Source: Bdellovibrionota bacterium (GTDB taxonomy: Bacteria > Bdellovibrionota_G > JALEGL01 > DATDPG01). From it: a DNA stretch of 64,000 bases. The stretch's first letter is position 1, and the number at the start of each line of letters is the position of its first letter. The position numbers and the translations under genes are program-made. Below, in pieces: positions 58,203 to 64,000 of this stretch. A model generated the notes under the pieces. That model saw nothing but the letters and a program-made list of their open reading frames with translations, did not search any database and was not told the DNA's origin. The stretch covers positions 1,312,001 through 1,376,000 of the forward strand of contig OY764265.1 in assembly GCA_963668355.1 (NCBI GenBank), read 5' to 3'.

Positions 58203-59460
58203 TCTCGCTTTCGAGAAGAGGCGCGTATTGTACCTGGTTTATGGGGATGTCTTTTCAAATGTGTTTGGCTCTCAGCTAAAGCCTCTGTGGTCCCAAGCGG
58301 AAGATTTGGGAGTTTCTTATCACGTAGGGGCGATCCTAAGTCCTCGCATTCTTTTTGACTCACATATGCGCAGGAAACTTCATTGCCTTGAAGTGGACAG
58401 CTCCATTCCGTGGTCCGTTTCCTTTTTGGGGGCTGGGTTTCCTAGCCGTTGGCCTTGGCTCGGAACGATGAGTATTCGTCGATGGTTGGCCGACTTCAAG
58501 CCAGACATCGTTCATGCTCGAGGGCCAGTGGCTGGGGGGCTGGCAGCCAGAGCCATCCAACTTCTTCCATCGTCTTCTCGACCTCAATTGGTCTTGGATG
58601 TCCGAGGTAACACGTTAGCGGAACTGGGTGCCGGAGGTTGGTTCTCTTCAGAGAGGCAAATTCAAAAGGCTCGAAATATGATCGAGGGCTTGGAAGGTGA
58701 GGCCTGTCGTTGTTCCAGTCACGTGTTTTGTGTCTCAACGCCGCTTCTGGAATTTATTCGAGAGCACTATGGATATGATGGCTCTGCGTCCGTGATTCCC
58801 TGTTGGTCTTCCTGCCAATCAAAGGTTCCTGAGGTAGATTCAAGGTCTCGCGAGAATGTTCGCCTGGAGTTGGGATTTGAGGATGAAGATTTTGTTTGGT
58901 GCTATGCCGGATCCACTGCGCCTTGGCAGAGTTTGCCGGAAATCCTTCAGGGGATTGATCGGTTGCATCGGGAGCACTCTCGCCATCGCCTCCTTTGCTT
59001 GACGGATACACCTGAGGACCTCAAACGAAACATTCAGACCTTGGGGATTTCTTCAACGCTATGCGTGATTCGGTCGGGCTCACGTGAGAAGGCCCTTGGC
59101 TGGATGAAGGGGGCGGATGCCGGTATTCTACTTCGAAAGGTGAATGACATTAACTGTGTAGCCAGTCCAATGAAGCTGGGAGATTATTTTTTGGCCGGAC
59201 TCCCCGTTCTCATGAGTGACCAAATTGGAGATGCTTCCCGATGGGTGAGAGAAGAGGCGTTGGGTTGGATCACTTCAACATTGGAAGTTGAGGACTTGGC
59301 GGCTCAAGCGAAACGTTTTCAAAAGATGATTGAGGAACGAGGCCGAGAGACGTTTCAGGAGCGGGTTCGTCTTTTCCGCTTGCGGAAGCTTTCCTTGGAC
59401 CGTTATCTTGACGTCTACCGGAACGTGTATCACCGACGGAAAGAACACCATGCAGAGTAA
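58195..59460 (+). CDS. Glycosyltransferase family 4
   Basis: IVHARG, DVRG, YAGS..PWQ, ASPMKLGDY..AGLPV. Confidence 0.83.
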   Translation: MTSLAFEKRRVLYLVYGDVFSNVFGSQLKPLWSQAEDLGVSYHVGAILSPRILFDSHMRRKLHCLEVDSSIPWSVSFLGAGFPSRWPWLGTMSIRRWLADFKPDIVHARGPVAGGLAARAIQLLPSSSRPQLVLDVRGNTLAELGAGGWFSSERQIQKARNMIEGLEGEACRCSSHVFCVSTPLLEFIREHYGYDGSASVIPCWSSCQSKVPEVDSRSRENVRLELGFEDEDFVWCYAGSTAPWQSLPEILQGIDRLHREHSRHRLLCLTDTPEDLKRNIQTLGISSTLCVIRSGSREKALGWMKGADAGILLRKVNDINCVASPMKLGDYFLAGLPVLMSDQIGDASRWVREEALGWITSTLEVEDLAAQAKRFQKMIEERGRETFQERVRLFRLRKLSLDRYLDVYRNVYHRRKEHHAE

Positions 59461-60853
59461 TCCTTTTTTTCATCTACTCATCACAATCGTGTTGGGCAGT
59501 TTGGGAGGTTGGGTTCTCGTTCGATATGGTGGAACATTGGCCGGTGCGGTGGTGGGTTTGTTTTTTTTGGTGATCATCGCCTTCTCGCTGAAAGATTTTA
59601 CGATTCCCTTTGTTCTTCTCCTGACGTTGGCTCTCGGGAGCGCGTACGATTGGAGGATCGCGCAAAGCAGTTATTACGTGCGCTTTGTTCTCTTGGGACT
59701 CGTTACGCTTCGGGCCGTATTCTTTTTCTTAGGTCGTCTTCAAGGCTCTGGACGAAAGTCGGACATTACTTTTTCCCCCCTTCACATCACGTTCTTCGTC
59801 GTTTCATTCATTGGTCTTTTGAGCACGGCATACTCTGTCAACCCGGCTACAACGTTTCAACGCGCACTTTCATTTCTCATGTTGACGATTGTTATTTTCC
59901 TTTTCTTTTGGCCGAAGGCAGAGTCACAAGAACGCATGGAGGAAATTGCCATTTCCATGTGGTGGACGATTGTTGTGGTTTTGGGGGTTGGGTATCTCTT
60001 CCTTTTGATGGGAATCCCCGGAATGTTTTATGGAGGGCGCCTTCGTCTGGTCTTGGGAAATCCCAATCAACTGGGGCATTACACAGCCCTCTTTGCCCCC
60101 ATCGGGGTTTGGTACATGTTTGAACGTGCCAAAGGGAAAAGAAAAATTTTTGCGGTTTCTGTCGTAGCAGCTATGGCTTTGGCCTTGGTTCTTTCGGGGT
60201 CACGCGCAGCCCTGCTTTCGGTAACGGTCGCGATGGGACTCATGTTCGGCCTTTGCTATACCAAGAAACTCCTTGCCTTGGGAATGGTGGTGATTCTCAT
60301 TGCCTCTGTACATTTTTTGATGGGAGATCCGGCCCCCTCTCCGGGAGAGGACCCGAGTTTTCTTCAAGAGCATGTCATGCGGGAAGGCCAATTGGAGACC
60401 GGGAGTGGTCGAGTCCCAGTGTGGAAAGGTGCTTTGCGCTTAATCGGGAAGCAACCCCTTTTGGGGTATGGGTTTGGATCTGTGGAAACGCTGTTTCACA
60501 AGGGCTACTTTCCTGAAATCAGAGAGTTTCAAGGGGCTCACGTTCATAACAGCTATCTGGAGGAATTGGTCAATTTGGGTTGGTTGGGGGCGCTTCCCAT
60601 ATTTTTCTCTCTTTTTTATGTCCTTTTTCAGGGGGCTTTTGTGATTATTCGGGCCAATCGAAATACCCCTGAATTTCGTTTTTTTGTGGCACTCTATGCC
60701 ATACTCGTTGTGGGCGTAATATCCGGAACATTTGAAAGCTGGTTTACGTCTGTGGGAAGCATTTTTTGTTTTCCTTACTGGCTATCCGTTGCTTTATTGC
60801 TTAAGTTGATTCGCGTGTCTCCCAAACTCCATGACGTGGAAAGTATGAATTAA
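59450..60853 (+). CDS. O-antigen polymerase/ligase family (Wzy_C) protein, probable Wzy
   Basis: Multi-TM; GNPNQLG, SGSRAA, SGRVPVW, PLLGYGFG, HVHNSYLE..VNLG. Confidence 0.85.
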   Translation: MQSNPFFHLLITIVLGSLGGWVLVRYGGTLAGAVVGLFFLVIIAFSLKDFTIPFVLLLTLALGSAYDWRIAQSSYYVRFVLLGLVTLRAVFFFLGRLQGSGRKSDITFSPLHITFFVVSFIGLLSTAYSVNPATTFQRALSFLMLTIVIFLFFWPKAESQERMEEIAISMWWTIVVVLGVGYLFLLMGIPGMFYGGRLRLVLGNPNQLGHYTALFAPIGVWYMFERAKGKRKIFAVSVVAAMALALVLSGSRAALLSVTVAMGLMFGLCYTKKLLALGMVVILIASVHFLMGDPAPSPGEDPSFLQEHVMREGQLETGSGRVPVWKGALRLIGKQPLLGYGFGSVETLFHKGYFPEIREFQGAHVHNSYLEELVNLGWLGALPIFFSLFYVLFQGAFVIIRANRNTPEFRFFVALYAILVVGVISGTFESWFTSVGSIFCFPYWLSVALLLKLIRVSPKLHDVESMN

Positions 60854-60854
60854 G

Positions 60855-62711
60855 ATGTGCGGAATCACCGGAGTTTTTGCACCTGAATGGGAAGCTTCTC
60901 AAGTCGAAAAAACAGTGCGCCTGATGACCCAAGCCATGGCTCATCGGGGTCCGGATGGTGAAGGTATTTGTGTGCGATCTCCTGTTGGCTTGGGCCATCG
61001 TCGACTTTCCATCATTGATTTGGAAGGAGGCGCTCAACCCTTAAGTACCCGAGATGGTCGTTTCACAATCGTTTTCAATGGTGAGATATATAATTATCGG
61101 GAGCTTCGTGCCGATCTTATTCAAGCGGGAGAAGTCTTCCAAACAGACTCAGACACGGAAGTCCTTTTGCGTGGGTTTATCCGAGAAAAAGAAACCTTTC
61201 TTCGAAAGCTGGAAGGCTTTTTTGCTTTTTTGATTTTGGATACGGTTTCGAAATCTTTGTATGCAGCTCGAGATGGGTATGGAATCAAACCTCTGTATAT
61301 TGGAAAAGAAGGGAAGTCGTTGTTTCTGGCCTCAGAGATCAAAGCTCTTCAAAGCGTTCTGAGCCATCCTCAGAAAATCGATCCACAATCTCTTCAGAGC
61401 TATTTTCTTGTTGGATATTCTCTGGGTTTCTCCACCCTTTTAAAGGGTATTTCGCGTTTGCGTCCGGGGTTCCTTTGGCGTGTCAATATGGCCGGCGAAG
61501 TGAGTGAAACCCGTTTTCATTTTCCCCTTCCCAGCTTGGAAACATCTAAGCCAACGAGTTCTAAAGAAATGCGATCCTGTTTGATCGAAGCCGTTGAGAA
61601 GTCGCTGGTTTCGGATGTTCCTGTGGGTTTATATTTGAGTGGAGGGATCGACTCCAGTTTGATTGCAGCCATTGTCCGTCGAGAATTGGACCTGAAGCTT
61701 GAAAGTTTCTCTGTGGGATTTCCAGGAGAGCCTTCCCACGATGAAGCCCCGTATGCTCAAGCTGTAGCAACAGCTTTGGAGTTGCCTCATGAAACCATCA
61801 GCGTTCGCCCCGAGGATTTTTCCGATTTATCAACCTTGGCACGCACGTTAGAGGAACCCATGGCGGATCCTTCGGCGATGGCGTTGGGTCGATTGAGTGA
61901 GTTGGCTTCTAAAAAATTGAAAGTGGTTCTTTCCGGAGAAGGGGGAGATGAGCTCTTCGGTGGTTATCATCGATATTTCTGGGATCGATGGGTAGGGCGC
62001 TATGAGACTTTTCCCGAAAGACTTCAACAGGCCTTTGAATGGCTTGGCGTGAACTTTGGAGGAGATCGCATGAAGCGTCGGGTGGGGAAGCTTCGAGATA
62101 CGTTGAATTTACCGCGCCCCGTTCGGTATGCGAGTTGGTTTAGTCCGTTTCTGATGCGTGATCGAAAAGAACTGCTTTTAAAATCTCCTGAAGAAAATCT
62201 TTCAAGGCGTTATTTTTCAAAACTTTTTCAGGAAAGTCAGTCGCTTCCCGGAACCACTCAGGTGCAGTGGATGGATCTTGTGACGTTTCTTCAAGATGAC
62301 TTGCTTGTGAAGGCCGACAAGATGTCCATGAAAAATGGCTTGGAGGTCCGTCCGCCTTTCTTGCAACCCAAGGTTGTGGAAGCGGCCTTGGGGTTGTCAG
62401 AAAACCAGCGCGTGCGAGCACGAACCACAAAACCTTTTCTGCGTGAAATGCTGCGCTCTTATCTTCCGAAAAGCATTGTGGATCGATCGAAGCAAGGCTT
62501 CGAAGTCCCCTTGGATAAGTGGTTTCGAACCTCTTATCGACATTTGTTGGAGGAATATTTGTCACAAGACGCGGTTGCGCAGCGAGGTTTGCTCCAGTGG
62601 CATGTCGTGGCTCGAATTCGAAAAGAGCATGAGTCCCAACAATACAATCATGGGTTAGCTCTCTTCTCGCTTTGTCTTTTAGAGGCCTGGTCTCGCGAGT
62701 TTTTAGATTAA
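60855..62711 (+). CDS. asnB: Asparagine synthase-like glutamine amidotransferase (glycan amidation, WbpS-like)
   Basis: MCGI (Ntn Cys), HRGPD, FNGEIYN, LSGGIDSS, SGEGGDE, KADKMSM, KQGF. Confidence 0.92.
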   Translation: MCGITGVFAPEWEASQVEKTVRLMTQAMAHRGPDGEGICVRSPVGLGHRRLSIIDLEGGAQPLSTRDGRFTIVFNGEIYNYRELRADLIQAGEVFQTDSDTEVLLRGFIREKETFLRKLEGFFAFLILDTVSKSLYAARDGYGIKPLYIGKEGKSLFLASEIKALQSVLSHPQKIDPQSLQSYFLVGYSLGFSTLLKGISRLRPGFLWRVNMAGEVSETRFHFPLPSLETSKPTSSKEMRSCLIEAVEKSLVSDVPVGLYLSGGIDSSLIAAIVRRELDLKLESFSVGFPGEPSHDEAPYAQAVATALELPHETISVRPEDFSDLSTLARTLEEPMADPSAMALGRLSELASKKLKVVLSGEGGDELFGGYHRYFWDRWVGRYETFPERLQQAFEWLGVNFGGDRMKRRVGKLRDTLNLPRPVRYASWFSPFLMRDRKELLLKSPEENLSRRYFSKLFQESQSLPGTTQVQWMDLVTFLQDDLLVKADKMSMKNGLEVRPPFLQPKVVEAALGLSENQRVRARTTKPFLREMLRSYLPKSIVDRSKQGFEVPLDKWFRTSYRHLLEEYLSQDAVAQRGLLQWHVVARIRKEHESQQYNHGLALFSLCLLEAWSREFLD

Positions 62712-63782
62712 ACGAGAAAAAAGCTCTTCATATCGAGGAGTCACGGCTTTCCAAGTGAACCGGTTTTGCACGCGATTTCGACCGATTTCTCCCATTTGGA
62801 GACGTTTCTCAGGCGAAAGCGCGAGAAATTCACGAATGGAATTCGCAATGGAACGGGGTGTGGGTTCTGCAAGGATTCCCGAATTTTCATCAACCATGAC
62901 TTCAACGGCTCCGATTCGAGTGGCGACAATCGAACAGCCTTGAGCCATGGCCTCAAGTATCACTGTTGGCATACCTTCGAAGCGGCTGGTAAATAGAAGA
63001 CATTCAGTTTCTTCGTAGGCTTGTTTGAGTTCGCTGTCGTTGAGAGTGGGTCGATAGTGTACGTGGGGATACTTTTTTTCCAAAACTTCCACTTGAGGTC
63101 GAAAAGGGCCGTTCCCCACAATGGTAAGTTTAAACGGAAGATCTTTGGTTTGTTCCAAAATGCTAGGAAGAAAGTCGATTCCCTTATTGAATGCCAATCG
63201 GGCCACCAAGAGAAATGATGCACCTTCCTTCTTGGGAGTCTTTTCCGCGATCACTTGGTGATCGATGGCATTGGGTATTTCGATGATCTTGGATGAAGGA
63301 ACGCGCGCTCTTTTTTTTAAAATACGGGTTAAGTCACCTCCTAGGCTGATCGTGCAGTGGGAGTGCTTGGCATGGTAACGTACCAATGCTCGCATGGGCC
63401 ACGCTTTGATCGTTTCTTTTAGGGAAAGATGATTTCCATACATTTCCAATCCGTGCGGGTGAAAAACACACGGGATGGACTTTCTTTTAAGGTATCCCCA
63501 CAGATTGAACCCTTGGCCAAAGGCAAGATCCGGTTGGTGATCGTCTATCCAATGTCCCACGTGACGGCTGAAGATGAGGTTTCCTTTAAGGAAATGGCAG
63601 TTTTTGGGCCAAGGTAGGTGATGAATGGGAAAAGGGTAGGAGGTTCCCTTGTTGGGCTCGGGAACCAGAAGATGAACCTCATGTCCGGCCTCTTTAAGGT
63701 GCTTGGCTAAGTTAAACGTGTGTCGTTCCATGCCGCCGATCACATCGGGAAAGACGCCATGGTTCGCAATGGCAATTTTCAC
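62703..63782 (-). CDS. Glycosyltransferase family 4
   Basis: IGGMERH, NKG, SRFEGMPTVILEAMA; GTG 63782 overlaps the upstream TGA. Confidence 0.88.
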   Translation of the reverse strand: MKIAIANHGVFPDVIGGMERHTFNLAKHLKEAGHEVHLLVPEPNKGTSYPFPIHHLPWPKNCHFLKGNLIFSRHVGHWIDDHQPDLAFGQGFNLWGYLKRKSIPCVFHPHGLEMYGNHLSLKETIKAWPMRALVRYHAKHSHCTISLGGDLTRILKKRARVPSSKIIEIPNAIDHQVIAEKTPKKEGASFLLVARLAFNKGIDFLPSILEQTKDLPFKLTIVGNGPFRPQVEVLEKKYPHVHYRPTLNDSELKQAYEETECLLFTSRFEGMPTVILEAMAQGCSIVATRIGAVEVMVDENSGILAEPTPRSIANSIREFLALSPEKRLQMGEIGRNRVQNRFTWKAVTPRYEELFSRLI

Positions 63783-64000
63783 GGCTGTGTTAAGCCCTCT
63801 TCCACAAGAAGATGTTTGATGCCCAAACGGAAAGGCACTTGTTTTTTCCATTTGGCCAAACGTTTCAGCTCCTTCAAGTCTCCTCGGAGGTGATCCCGTT
63901 CTTGTTTTCTTCGGAGCGTTTTTTTGCTTTTGATTTTTAGGGTTTCTCCCAAAACCGAAGAAAATACATCCACAACTTCGCGTACAGAATATTCTTCCCC
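63779..64000 (-). CDS. C-terminal part of an NAD-dependent epimerase/dehydratase (partial, starts beyond right edge)
   Basis: Open to the edge: GEEYSVREVVD...RRKQERDHLRGD...LAKW...GIKHLL, typical of an extended-SDR tail. Confidence 0.7.
   Translation of the reverse strand, partial: GEEYSVREVVDVFSSVLGETLKIKSKKTLRRKQERDHLRGDLKELKRLAKWKKQVPFRLGIKHLLVEEGLTQP

Noticed and set aside
1885..62711. Lasso-peptide/RiPP cluster idea (HprK-like kinase + AsnB homologue + radical SAM)
   Set aside because: The genes are 48-58 kb apart, and no precursor, RRE/PqqD or B-protease is seen. AsnB keeps its Ntn glutaminase Cys and lies among glycosyltransferases.
1..64000. Mobile elements, prophage, defence systems, rRNA/tRNA
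   Set aside because: No transposase, integrase, phage, defence or structural-RNA signature recognised. Intergenic gaps are mostly too short, though a small RNA cannot be excluded without Infernal.

Overview
Bacterial chromosomal window of roughly balanced GC. Gene content suggests a deltaproteobacteria-like lineage (Myxococcota/Bdellovibrionota-type); this is inferred from gene content, not from a search. Left to right: (1) a large Ig-like-repeat lipoprotein that runs off the left edge and is missing from the ORF track, an HprK-related kinase, a rhodanese, rlmH, rsfS, a secreted hypothetical, obgE, rpmA and rplU; (2) a REC-PilZ membrane protein convergent with a type IVa pilin; (3) a dcw cluster, mraZ-rsmH-ftsL-ftsI-murE-murF-mraY-murD-ftsW-murG-murC-ftsQ-ftsA-ftsZ, with MraZ boxes upstream and no murB or ddl; (4) a TPR/tandem-cNMP protein, a Zn-ribbon/GYF/TM/TPR protein with a sigma54+IHF-type promoter, ald, an acyl-CoA (glutaryl-CoA-like) dehydrogenase, an HhH-GPD glycosylase and fabH; (5) a >31 kb Wzx/Wzy surface-polysaccharide locus that continues past the right edge. 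The locus has an export operon (unknown two-Cys protein, beta-barrel, short OPX, Wzc), a WecA-like fusion protein, two Wzy_C/ligase-like proteins, eight GT4s, a GT-C, a flippase, and tailoring enzymes (radical SAM, methyl-, acetyl-, amino- and amidotransferases). Sequence-level signals include compact divergent promoters with -10 boxes 7-9 nt from start codons (candidate leaderless mRNAs) and two genes that appear to need non-canonical start codons. I saw no rRNA, tRNA, CRISPR array or mobile element. All calls come from reading motifs; no searches were run.
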